A DNA stretch of 64,000 nucleotides from an uncultured Clostridia bacterium (GTDB lineage: Bacteria; Bacillota; Clostridia; Oscillospirales; CAG-272): positions 135,178 through 199,177 of the forward strand of contig CAOKAC010000004.1 in assembly GCA_948466345.1 (NCBI GenBank). The letters run 5' to 3'. The notes below the pieces were generated by a model, which worked only from the letters and a program-made list of their open reading frames with translations, was not told the origin of the DNA and ran no database searches. The stretch's first letter is position 1. Each line of letters begins with the position of its first letter. The translations under genes and the position numbers were made by a program. Shown one piece after another: positions 9,773-18,609 of this stretch.

Positions 9773-11158
9773 ATGAATAAATGTAAAATTGGATTTCTTC
9801 CCTTATACATAAAGTTGTATGACGATTGCGGCCTTACAATACGGGAAAGGTTGGAACCTTTTTATGAAACCTTGGCAGCAGCGCTGGAACAGGACGGATT
9901 TACTGTACTGCGCACCTCTTTTTGCCGGGTAAAGGAAGAATTTGCTGCGGCAGTGGCTATGTTTGAAAAAGAGGGAGCAGATTGTATCGTTACATGGCAT
10001 GCTGCTTACTCTCCGTCACTGGAGTCTATCGATGTACTGGCTGGAACAAAATTGCCCATTGTAGTATTGGACACAACCGAAACCTATGATTTTAGTCCTG
10101 CTCAGTCCCCTGATGAGGTAAATATTAATCACGGAATTCACGGTGTGATGGATATGACCAGTATGCTCCGCAGAAGGGGAAAGGCATATGCCATTGCAGC
10201 GGGCCCCCATCCCCAGTCGGATGTTGTAAAGCGTGCAGGCCGGCTGGCCCGCATTGCAGCCGGCGCCAATAGCTTGGCCGGATCCAGAGTGGGAACCATC
10301 GGTGGAAGTTTTGATGGAATGGGAGATTTTCTGATTTCTGATGAAGAACTGCTTACACGCTTTGGTGTTACAGCAGTGTATTCTGAAGGGAAGACACTTT
10401 CTGCGCTTGCCGATTCTGTAACCCAGGACGAAATAAATGCGGAAATTTGTGCGGATTTGGATATGTGCCAGATACTAGAGCCGTTTTCTACGGAGACCCA
10501 TACAAAAACGGTGAAAAATTGTCTTGCGGTACGTAAATGGATCCAGCAAGAACGGCTGGACGCTTTTACGGTCAACTTTCGGGAAATTCGACCAGAAAAC
10601 GGACTTACTGTAATGCCGTTTATGGAGTCCTGTAAGGCTATGGCGCGCGGGATCGGATATGCTGGCGAAGGAGATGTACTTACAGCGGCACTTACCGGTG
10701 CTTTAATGCGTGGATTTGGAGAGGCTGCTTTTGTGGAAATCTTTTGTCCCGACTGGGAAGGCGGAACCTTGTTTCTCTCTCATATGGGCGAGTTTAATCT
10801 GGCTCTCTGCGCAGATAAGCCGGAGATCAAGGAGATTCCCTTTGTCTTTGGAGATGCGGAGGATCCAGTGGTGTGTTACGGCTGTTATCAACCGGGTGAC
10901 GCAGTCTTTGTAAACATATTTAAGGATGCGGAAAAATATAATTTGCTTATATCTCCTGTAAAAATGCTGGATCATTCAAATGATCGTTTTGCAGGAACCG
11001 TGCGTGGATGGATGCAGCCTAGTGTCCCGCTTCCAGAGTTTTTGGAGGCAATTAGTACCGCTGGCGTGACCCATCACTCATGCCTGGTTTATGATGCGGC
11101 TCTTTCGGAGTTGGAATACTTCGGTAATCTGTTAGGGCTGCATGTCATAAAAGTTTAG
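9773..11158 (+). CDS. L-arabinose isomerase (AraA)-family sugar isomerase, substrate unknown
   Basis: I prefer ATG 9773 (MNKCKIGFLPLYIKLYDD). GYAGEGDVLTAAL, FVE, LSHMGEF and GVTHHS align with the E. coli AraA motifs GFAGEGDWKTAAL, FMED, GSHMLEV and GAHHT (metal and catalytic residues). Confidence 0.78.
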   Translation: MNKCKIGFLPLYIKLYDDCGLTIRERLEPFYETLAAALEQDGFTVLRTSFCRVKEEFAAAVAMFEKEGADCIVTWHAAYSPSLESIDVLAGTKLPIVVLDTTETYDFSPAQSPDEVNINHGIHGVMDMTSMLRRRGKAYAIAAGPHPQSDVVKRAGRLARIAAGANSLAGSRVGTIGGSFDGMGDFLISDEELLTRFGVTAVYSEGKTLSALADSVTQDEINAEICADLDMCQILEPFSTETHTKTVKNCLAVRKWIQQERLDAFTVNFREIRPENGLTVMPFMESCKAMARGIGYAGEGDVLTAALTGALMRGFGEAAFVEIFCPDWEGGTLFLSHMGEFNLALCADKPEIKEIPFVFGDAEDPVVCYGCYQPGDAVFVNIFKDAEKYNLLISPVKMLDHSNDRFAGTVRGWMQPSVPLPEFLEAISTAGVTHHSCLVYDAALSELEYFGNLLGLHVIKV

Positions 11159-11190
11159 TAATAAAATTATTATAAAATGGAGAAGAAACG

Positions 11191-12711
11191 ATGAAAACAA
11201 AAAAGATTCTTGCAATGATTCTAGTTGTTTCCATGGTAGCTATTCTCTTTGCTGCATGCGCAGAGAGTGGTGGTAAGGGAGAATATACTCGCCCGAACAA
11301 TGAGGGAAACAACAGTCCCGATGATGACTATCCATCGGCAAACTATAACAAAGAGAAGTTTACCTTCCTTGTTATCAAACATTCCGACACTACTAAGGAT
11401 TACTACGGCGGCCCTTACATTGATGCGGAGGCATACAAGGGCACTTCCATTAATGACGCAGTGTATGAGAGAAACATGGTAGTGGAAGAGAAGTACAGCG
11501 TTGATATTGAAGAAAGAGTAGAAGTCAACGGTGAGCCTGCAGAAAAACTTAACAGTCTGTACATGGCTGGAGACTTTAACTATGATGTAATCTATGGTTG
11601 GGGATACAAGCTTGGAAAGTGTATCACAGAAAACTATTTTACTGACTTTAACAGCCTTGAAAATATTGATCTGACCAAAGAATATTGGAGCCCTACGGCG
11701 ATGGAAGACTTGACCATCAACGGTAAGCAGTATCTTAGTATCAACGACATTTCCATGAACAAGCTGGAATGGGCAGGCTTTTTGTTCTACAATAAGAAGA
11801 TGATGGAAGACTACAATGTTGAAGAGGACTTGGGTGCTTCTGTATACGATTTAGTGAGAGATGGTAAATGGACTCTGGACACCTACCTGAATATGTTAAG
11901 TTCTGTATCCAATGATGTAGATGGCGATGGCTCTATTACGAAAAACGACGTGTTTGGTTTGATAGACGGCGACGGGCTTGGAACATTTGCTTCTGGTGCA
12001 AGCGGTGTATTCAATACGATTAAAAACGACGATGGTACATATTCTCTGAGCATATACGATCAAAAAGTTTTGAATATTGCTGAAAAAGTACATGCAGTTT
12101 ACAGCAATAGCAAATATGTAAAGGACTATGAAGAAATCTGGCAAGGTGCAGATGCTTCCGGCTACAATGATATGTGGGAATATGCACGTTCTTTCTTTGC
12201 AACGGATCACGCACTTTTCTGCGGCGGCAGTGCATATCTGACCAGCGAGTTCAGAGAGATGACATCTCCTTATGGTATTCTTCCTTACCCCAAATATGAT
12301 GAAACACAGGCGGACTATTATAGTGAAGTATCCAGCCTTGCTTCTATTTTTGCAATTCCTTCTACATACAGAACAGATATGAGCACAGCAGGTCCTGCAA
12401 GAACAGGTATGATTTTGGAATATATGGCTGCAAAGTCCAATGAAATTCTGCTTCCTAAGTACTATGAAGAAGTGCTGCATAAACAGCGTCTGGATAGTGA
12501 GGACGACCGTGAAATGATGGATATCATTCGTAATTCTGTTCGGTATGAGTTTACCGATATGATCGGATTGGAATCTTTCCAGGAAACTAAAGCAAAAATT
12601 TATGAGAAACCAAATTCGGCGGCTTCTACTTACACACGTGCCGAAAAGAAAATGACCAAAGAACTGAATGATTTCTATACTAAAGTACTTACAATGGGTT
12701 CTGAAGGTTAA
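11191..12711 (+). CDS. Extracellular solute-binding lipoprotein (ABC-type sugar-binding family)
   Basis: 506 aa with a signal peptide and lipobox (LFAAC at Cys22). Size and composition are typical of large Firmicutes family-1 solute-binding proteins. No permease or ATPase gene is adjacent. Confidence 0.75.
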   Translation: MKTKKILAMILVVSMVAILFAACAESGGKGEYTRPNNEGNNSPDDDYPSANYNKEKFTFLVIKHSDTTKDYYGGPYIDAEAYKGTSINDAVYERNMVVEEKYSVDIEERVEVNGEPAEKLNSLYMAGDFNYDVIYGWGYKLGKCITENYFTDFNSLENIDLTKEYWSPTAMEDLTINGKQYLSINDISMNKLEWAGFLFYNKKMMEDYNVEEDLGASVYDLVRDGKWTLDTYLNMLSSVSNDVDGDGSITKNDVFGLIDGDGLGTFASGASGVFNTIKNDDGTYSLSIYDQKVLNIAEKVHAVYSNSKYVKDYEEIWQGADASGYNDMWEYARSFFATDHALFCGGSAYLTSEFREMTSPYGILPYPKYDETQADYYSEVSSLASIFAIPSTYRTDMSTAGPARTGMILEYMAAKSNEILLPKYYEEVLHKQRLDSEDDREMMDIIRNSVRYEFTDMIGLESFQETKAKIYEKPNSAASTYTRAEKKMTKELNDFYTKVLTMGSEG

Positions 12712-12713
12712 AT

Positions 12714-12745
12714 AAAAAGGATGGCGATATCGCCATCCTTTTTAT
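12714..12745. terminator. Bidirectional terminator between the convergent SBP and DUF3892 genes
   Basis: AAGGATGGCGA-TA-TCGCCATCCTT, flanked by an A-run and a T-run. Confidence 0.85.
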
Positions 12746-12753
12746 TTATCGCA

Positions 12754-13053
12754 TCATTCGCGTGTAACAGACGGTAAATTTCCTAGGTTATTGTTTTCTG
12801 TACTATCTGGCAAAGATTTCAAATATTCTGTACCTCGATTGGTAGCAATGCCTACACCTTGGATGTCTCCTTCTTTGGCAAGCTGTACCCCCTCTTCCCG
12901 GGAGACAATACGTCCATCAGAAAGCTTATATCCTGTCACGCGTCCTTCTTCCTTTACCAAAGCGACAATGGATTGAGCGTTGGATTTCGGTGAAGGAATT
13001 TCCTGAAAGGTATTCAGCGGCAGACTGGATAAACCGTGTTCGTTCTTTTCCAT
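12754..13053 (-). CDS. DUF3892-like small protein
   Basis: 99 aa. GYKLSDGRIVSREEGVQLAKEG...GTEYLKSLPDSTENNNLGNLP matches my recollection of the DUF3892 pattern (yLRt.pD....NL.nLP). Confidence 0.6.
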   Translation of the reverse strand: MEKNEHGLSSLPLNTFQEIPSPKSNAQSIVALVKEEGRVTGYKLSDGRIVSREEGVQLAKEGDIQGVGIATNRGTEYLKSLPDSTENNNLGNLPSVTRE

Positions 13054-13123
13054 AAAATTTCCTTTCTATAAAGCTATGCATAGCTTCTTTTGTAGTATTT
13101 GCAGAAGTCATATGCTTATTCTT

Positions 13124-14068
13124 TTATCCGACGGATCCCTCGCAGCGTTTTCCCCAACTATCCAAAAGTGTATCGCCCCGATAAAATTGAACAATTTCAC
13201 AATTATTGGTGCATCCACTGCAAATATGTGCCCTGGTTACATACTCCATCTGCAGCATAGAAAAGTCAAAAGGCTTTCTATGCGTTGTCTTTTTTTGAGA
13301 TAAAATTGCTGCGCCAAGCGCTCCCATTAAGTGGGAATCTGCATCTACATGGATTTTTTCTCCCAGTTCTTCTTGAAATGCGGCAAGAACGCCTTTGTTT
13401 TTGCTGACGCCGCCTTGAAATACAATAGGCGAAACTATCTGTTTCCCTTTGCCAACATTGTTTAAATAATTTGCAGCTACAGCCCGGCATAAGCCGGCTA
13501 CTAAATCCATCTTACTGTAACCGGCTTGCGCCTTGTGAATCATATCCGATTCGGCAAATACAGTGCATCGGGCAGCAATTTTCGCAGGAGACTGTGACTG
13601 CATTGCCATATCTCCCATAGCTTCAATTGGGATTTCCAATCGTTTTGCTTGAGAAGACAGAAATGCTCCTGTTCCGGCAGCGCATAGGGTATTCATAGCA
13701 TAATCTTTTACAATGCCGTCTTCTATCAAAATAATTTTTGAATCCTGACCGCCAATTTCAATAATGGTCCGCACGTCAGCGTGCCTGGACAAGGTACCTA
13801 CGGCATGAGCGGTAATCTCATTTTTTACTACATCTGCATGCAGCATGGCTCCAATTAGCTTTCGAGCAGATCCTGTTGTACCAATAGACCCAATTTCAGC
13901 ATCAGGTGCCTGCCGGCGCAGTATATTAAGAAGCCGTTTTACAGCACCGATGGGATCACCCTGCGTCCATATATAGGCGCTTGCCAAAATAGCTCCTGTA
14001 TTGTCAATGAACACGCCTTTTGTGGAGATGGAGCCGATATCCACGCCTAGACTGATTGTAGTTTTCAT
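13124..14068 (-). CDS. BcrAD/BadFG-type ATPase (2-hydroxyacyl-CoA dehydratase activase-like, HgdC/YjiL family)
   Basis: 314 aa. The N-terminal ISLGVDIGSISTKGV and the IIEIGGQDSK and CAAGTGAF motifs mark the ASKHA-fold activase family. The Cys-rich C-terminal tail reads CSGCTNNCEIV...GKRCEG. Confidence 0.85.
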   Translation of the reverse strand: MKTTISLGVDIGSISTKGVFIDNTGAILASAYIWTQGDPIGAVKRLLNILRRQAPDAEIGSIGTTGSARKLIGAMLHADVVKNEITAHAVGTLSRHADVRTIIEIGGQDSKIILIEDGIVKDYAMNTLCAAGTGAFLSSQAKRLEIPIEAMGDMAMQSQSPAKIAARCTVFAESDMIHKAQAGYSKMDLVAGLCRAVAANYLNNVGKGKQIVSPIVFQGGVSKNKGVLAAFQEELGEKIHVDADSHLMGALGAAILSQKKTTHRKPFDFSMLQMEYVTRAHICSGCTNNCEIVQFYRGDTLLDSWGKRCEGSVG

Positions 14069-15125
14069 GCTGCTGTTTCCTTTTCATTTCGATCATATCC
14101 ATAAAAGCTTCTATTCTGGTTTCCAGGCCTACTTCTCCAGTTTGCGTATCGAAGCTCAAATGTAGAATAGGGATATCGTAATCCCTGCTGATTTGATCCA
14201 GCGCTGGCTGTGCATTGAGTTCTGGTGTACATCCAAAGGATTTCATATGAATCAGTCCATCGTAACCATCTTTGGCGTACTGCCGACTTCCGACTACACT
14301 GTCTATGCCGTTGGCGCCGACAGTATATTGCAGATATCCCCTAGAGCTATGCAAAGAGCGTCTGTCTCTTTTTCCAAACAGCAAAAAACTAGCGCTCATT
14401 TTTCTGCTGACAACAATACCCCCTTCAGCCAACCGCTTTTCCAAAAAGTGATTGCTGTAAGGTTCCATGAGAGTGTAAAGCTCCCCTACAATGCCAACAC
14501 GCAGGGGATTTTGCGGCATTTGTGTTTCAATGGCATGATAACGGGCTCTATATTTATGGAAAATTCTATATAGCCCGAACATAGAATTTTCTGCTGTAAG
14601 TTCTTTTAAAAACAACTTTTTTGTTTTCGTAAAACAGTTTGTATTTTTTGCAAAGCCGATTTGTTCTCGCAGGAAATAGTCTAGCTGGTCCATAAAGTAT
14701 ATACGAGTGATAGCCTGTAAAACGGCCCTGGAAAAAATAGAAAAAGTTAAATTTGGGTTCAGCTTTTTACACGTTTCATATATCTTTTGTGGATGTGCCT
14801 TTTCCCGTGAAAAACAGAGAAAGGTGAAGTCATATCCCAAATCCCGCAGAATTTGTTCTTGAACCTCTCCATAATATCCATAGCGGCAGCCAAGCCCGGT
14901 TTGCAGCAATACGTTGGCACCTGCTTCCAGCATTTCAATATAGTTTCCCATATTATATTTAAATGGCGCGCAAACAAAATCCGGACTGTGCCGCCCTCCC
15001 AGTTCCACTGTTTTTTGTGTAAAGGGCGGTGGAGAAACGATTTCTGCCGTAGGAAATAAGTCCTGCAGCAGCCGGCGAATGGGGATATGATAATCACCCA
15101 AATGAGGGTAACCGATTTTAAGCAT
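14004..15125 (-). CDS. Activase-associated DUF2229 / dehydratase-component-like protein (paralogue B)
   Basis: I prefer ATG 15125 (MLKIGYPHLGDYHIP). The C-terminus GLETRIEAFMDMI is paralogous to that of the upstream gene. Its start overlaps the upstream stop (ATGCTTAA) and its 3' end overlaps the activase gene by 65 nt. Confidence 0.7.
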   Translation of the reverse strand: MLKIGYPHLGDYHIPIRRLLQDLFPTAEIVSPPPFTQKTVELGGRHSPDFVCAPFKYNMGNYIEMLEAGANVLLQTGLGCRYGYYGEVQEQILRDLGYDFTFLCFSREKAHPQKIYETCKKLNPNLTFSIFSRAVLQAITRIYFMDQLDYFLREQIGFAKNTNCFTKTKKLFLKELTAENSMFGLYRIFHKYRARYHAIETQMPQNPLRVGIVGELYTLMEPYSNHFLEKRLAEGGIVVSRKMSASFLLFGKRDRRSLHSSRGYLQYTVGANGIDSVVGSRQYAKDGYDGLIHMKSFGCTPELNAQPALDQISRDYDIPILHLSFDTQTGEVGLETRIEAFMDMIEMKRKQQHENYNQSRRGYRLHLHKRRVH

Positions 15126-16026
15126 AGGGCCTCCGTTTCGCGAGAATATCAACAAAGCTTTCGATTCGTGTTTCCAATCCTGCTGGCGCTGTATGCTCAT
15201 CCATCAAAATTTGAATGATGGGCACATTTTGCACTCGGCGTAGGACCAGTTCATTTACCAATGCATCGCTGCCGCAAGGAAATGCTGTAAGCAGGATAAT
15301 TCCATCAACCTGATTTTTGCATAACTCAATGGCACCAATCATTTCTTTGTTTAGCGACCAATACAGATCATTGGATATTTCTTTGGACAGAGCGCGGCAT
15401 AGCCGGCGGTTGCATCGATCTGAGAACACCGGTGTAACACCTTGCTGGGCGATCATTTTTTGCAGTTGGCCGCCTACGTAGGCATCGTGGATAAGATATG
15501 GCTGCGCCGCGATCAAAATTTTTTTGTCGGATTTGTGCAGCTGCGTACTTTGTACACGCATGTTTTGTTGTTCTAAGCGCTGTTGTGCGCGGCAGCCGGC
15601 GCGGTACGCTTGAAATGCCGCACTTTTGCTTTTACCAAGCGTGTGTCCTATTTTAATAAACGCGGCGGCTTCACTTCTGTGCAAGCCTATGTCCAGATTA
15701 TAGCTTATTATAGGGGCGTTTGGAAATGTATTTTGCACAACATCTGGAAGTCCCCAGAACCGAACGCAGTATTCTTCTGTTTTACTGGTTCTGGAAAAGC
15801 GGGGTACCAAAATCCGATCACATTGTCCAATCAACGATTTTACATGCCCCATAAATATTTTCAGCGGCAGACAGTTTTCGTCCAATGTAGTTTTTGTTCC
15901 TATTTCCAGCGTTTCTTTGCTGGTGTCGGCGCTGACTTCCACGTCAAATCCTAATTCGTGGAAAAAGGTTTCCCATAATACGCCGTAACGATAGTATAGC
16001 AGCGCCTTGGGCAGTCCGATTTTCAT
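15118..16026 (-). CDS. Activase-associated DUF2229-like protein (paralogue A)
   Basis: I prefer ATG 16026 (MKIGLPKALLYYRYGVLWETFF), with GGTGA 6 nt upstream. The track's longer N-terminus (to 16131) would read through the M23-gene terminator hairpin. The C-terminus is GLETRIESFVDIL. Confidence 0.7.
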   Translation of the reverse strand: MKIGLPKALLYYRYGVLWETFFHELGFDVEVSADTSKETLEIGTKTTLDENCLPLKIFMGHVKSLIGQCDRILVPRFSRTSKTEEYCVRFWGLPDVVQNTFPNAPIISYNLDIGLHRSEAAAFIKIGHTLGKSKSAAFQAYRAGCRAQQRLEQQNMRVQSTQLHKSDKKILIAAQPYLIHDAYVGGQLQKMIAQQGVTPVFSDRCNRRLCRALSKEISNDLYWSLNKEMIGAIELCKNQVDGIILLTAFPCGSDALVNELVLRRVQNVPIIQILMDEHTAPAGLETRIESFVDILAKRRPYA

Positions 16027-16094
16027 ATGCATCACCAAATGTAGTATGGCCAATTTTGTGCAGTTTATGTCACCCCTTTCAAAATTTTCCAGGC

Positions 16095-16128
16095 ATGAAA
16101 AAGACCGGATGGTTTCCATCCGGTCTTT
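16095..16128 (-). terminator. Rho-independent terminator of the M23 peptidase gene
   Basis: On the minus strand: AAAGACCGGATGG-AAA-CCATCCGGTCTTT followed by a T-run. Confidence 0.8.
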
Positions 16129-16165
16129 CATTGCTTACTTTCCTGTCGTACTTAAATAAATTATT

Positions 16166-18271
16166 TTACGTCTTTTCCCAAACGGCATAGAAGATAATAG
16201 TTTCTCCGGGATTTGTCGTCCATGCAATGGATTCCCCATTTAGATACACCATTTTAACCCAACCAGCAGGTTGCTTTCCTTCTATATACCAACCTGTTTC
16301 GTCTTCGTTTTGGGGATTATAGTACCGCCAGGTATTATCCGTTACATATTTTACATGCCAGCCATTAAAGGTATATCCTGGTCGAGTAAAGGTGTTTTTC
16401 TGGGTTGGTGTATATACACCATAAGGTATGATTGTATCCTTCATGGTTCCAGATCCGCCATTGGCGTCATATTGTACCCTGAACCCATATGTCCAAACAG
16501 CGTAGAATATGACCGTTTCGCCCGCAGGAACAGTCCATGCTACAGTGCCTGCATTGGTGTAAACGTCCTTGATCCATCCAGCAGGCTGCTTTCCTTCTAA
16601 GTACCAATCCGATTCGTCTTCATTTTTGGGATTGTAGTATTTCCATTTGCCAGTTGAGAGCCATTTAAGATTCCAACCTACAAACACATGGTTTGGATTT
16701 ACAAATGTGTTCGGCCGGGTTTGGGTATCAACTCCAGTTGTAACGTATGTATCTGCCATAGATCCGGATCCACCGTTGGCGTTATATTGTATCTTAAAAC
16801 CGTATCTCCAAACAGCGTATAGGGTGATAGTTTCCCCGGGTAAAGCGGTCCACCCCACCTCTCTGCCGTCTTCGTAAATCATTTTTTCCCAACCAGAGGG
16901 CTGTGCTCCTTCAACATACCATTCGGTTTCATCTTCATTTCTGGGATTTATGTAACGCCACTTTCCGGTGGTATTATTTTTTACATGCCATCCTTCAAAT
17001 ATACGATTGGAACAGGTAAATGTATTTTTACGGATGGGTATAGATACCCCATATGTAACAAGTGTGTCCGCCATAGACCCAGATCCGCCGTTTGCATTAT
17101 ATTTGACAACAAATCCATGATGCCAGACGGCATAGAATCCAACAACTTGTCCAGGATTTACAGTCCAAGCAATCGATTCACCATTTTCGTAAATCATTTT
17201 TTCCCATCCGGAGGGTTGGGATCCTTGCGCATACCATCCAGTTTGACTGGGACTGTTGGGGTTATAGTAGCGCCATGTACCCTCAGAAATATTTGTTATG
17301 TGCCAGCCTAAAAATACTCGGCTAGGATAGGTGAATGTATTTTTTCTGGTTGGTGTAGATACACCGTAAGGTACGATTGTATCTGCCATAGATCCAGAAC
17401 CGCCGTTCGGATAATATTTTACAGTAAAAGAATTAGACGATGGGGGAGAAAAAGTAGGCGCTCCGGTTAGGTAAGTAACAGGATTAACCAAGGCGCCATT
17501 CATTTGGATTTCCAGATGAAGGTGTGGGCCGGTGACATTTCCAGTACTGCCGACGTACCCAATGATCTCCCCTTGCTCGACCCATTGTCCCTTACTGACA
17601 AGCGGGGTAGCGTTCATATGTGCATACAGAGATTTTTGTCCGCTACCGTGATCGATGCGTACATGATTTCCATAGGACCAGTCAATATTTGTTGCGTCCA
17701 CAGTACCGCTTTTGATCGCCCGAATGGGGGTGCCTGTAATGCCGCTCCAGCTAAAGTCGGTTCCCCGGTGATTCGAATACCCAGTATTGGGGCCGCCAAA
17801 GTCGCTTCCAAAACCTGCAGTAACATGTGATGTAAGATTCATATTGTCCAGAGGCAAGGTGAAACCGTAAGAATTTGCCGCCGGCGCCCGCATTGGACCA
17901 TTTGCAGGGGGAACAATGGGATAGTAAGGTTCCAGCAGCTCTGCGATACGGTATTCTCCGTAAAGTGTATTCCCATGATGGATTTGAATAATCATTCCTT
18001 CCCGGAAAACGCCTTCTGTAACTGGAACGCCGTTTTCCAGAACAACAGCAGTATCTTTTTCATGAGAATAGAAGCGGACATCCTCGAAGAAGGCTTCAAT
18101 GCGATTCCCTTTGTATACTTCGTTTACCGTCATGGTTTCGTCATCGAAGTCGTATAACGTATTGTGCAGGCAGGGCTGCTTTTCGGAATATGCTTCTGGA
18201 TTGGATGCGAAAGCAGGGAAAATCAAACAACTTGCTAACATTACAGAGAATAGCTTGTATTTTGTTTTCAT
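16166..18271 (-). CDS. Secreted M23 (LytM-type) metallopeptidase with four C-terminal Listeria/Bacteroides-type repeats
   Basis: 701 aa. The signal peptide ends ...FPAFA/SN. The M23 motifs are HRGTDFS, GNHVRIDHG and GPHLHLEI. These are followed by 4 x 105-aa repeats with YNANGGSGSM...F.GW...YAVW. Confidence 0.88.
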   Translation of the reverse strand: MKTKYKLFSVMLASCLIFPAFASNPEAYSEKQPCLHNTLYDFDDETMTVNEVYKGNRIEAFFEDVRFYSHEKDTAVVLENGVPVTEGVFREGMIIQIHHGNTLYGEYRIAELLEPYYPIVPPANGPMRAPAANSYGFTLPLDNMNLTSHVTAGFGSDFGGPNTGYSNHRGTDFSWSGITGTPIRAIKSGTVDATNIDWSYGNHVRIDHGSGQKSLYAHMNATPLVSKGQWVEQGEIIGYVGSTGNVTGPHLHLEIQMNGALVNPVTYLTGAPTFSPPSSNSFTVKYYPNGGSGSMADTIVPYGVSTPTRKNTFTYPSRVFLGWHITNISEGTWRYYNPNSPSQTGWYAQGSQPSGWEKMIYENGESIAWTVNPGQVVGFYAVWHHGFVVKYNANGGSGSMADTLVTYGVSIPIRKNTFTCSNRIFEGWHVKNNTTGKWRYINPRNEDETEWYVEGAQPSGWEKMIYEDGREVGWTALPGETITLYAVWRYGFKIQYNANGGSGSMADTYVTTGVDTQTRPNTFVNPNHVFVGWNLKWLSTGKWKYYNPKNEDESDWYLEGKQPAGWIKDVYTNAGTVAWTVPAGETVIFYAVWTYGFRVQYDANGGSGTMKDTIIPYGVYTPTQKNTFTRPGYTFNGWHVKYVTDNTWRYYNPQNEDETGWYIEGKQPAGWVKMVYLNGESIAWTTNPGETIIFYAVWEKT
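16169..17428 (-). repeat. Four tandem in-frame 315-bp coding repeats (105 aa each)
   Basis: By hand count, aa 282-386, 387-491, 492-596 and 597-701 are all exactly 105 aa. The DNA copies have diverged (compare GCCATAGATCCGGATCCACCGTT at about 16755 with GCCATAGACCCAGATCCGCCGTT at about 17070). Confidence 0.9.
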
Positions 18272-18609
18272 AGCTTTACCGTCCTTTCAAATGCGGTATA
18301 AAATGTCTTCCGATTGCTTTCCTTTATGTTCATAAATACACTGTTTCTACCCTCCTTCCCATAGAAACAGAAAAATTGTATATATTTTACTATTTTTGTT
18401 TATATTATCAGTAAAATATAGAAAAAATGATAAAAATCTGTCGATAAAAACAATTTTAGTAACTTTTTTAATTTTACTAAAATTTTATAAATAAACGAAT
18501 ACTGTGGGAAACTGGGACAAATATAGATATCCTTTGTGGTGTGAATTGGATAAATTTTCTGTGTTCGGGAATACTATCTTTAGTGTATTGAAAAAATGGG
18601 GGATTTGAA

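Noticed and set aside
16027-16131. N-terminal extension of the 15118-16131 ORF (MKDRMETIRSFSCLENF...).
   Set aside because: The extension would be encoded by the rho-independent terminator hairpin of the upstream M23 gene (16095-16128). A better start (ATG 16026 with GGTGA 6 nt upstream) gives the family-typical N-terminus MKIGLPKALLYY.
16169-17428. A periodic 315-bp repeat that could be mistaken for a repeat array or CRISPR-like structure.
   Set aside because: It is in frame and coding (four 105-aa protein repeats) with no short-repeat/unique-spacer organisation. I saw no CRISPR array or cas genes anywhere in the window.
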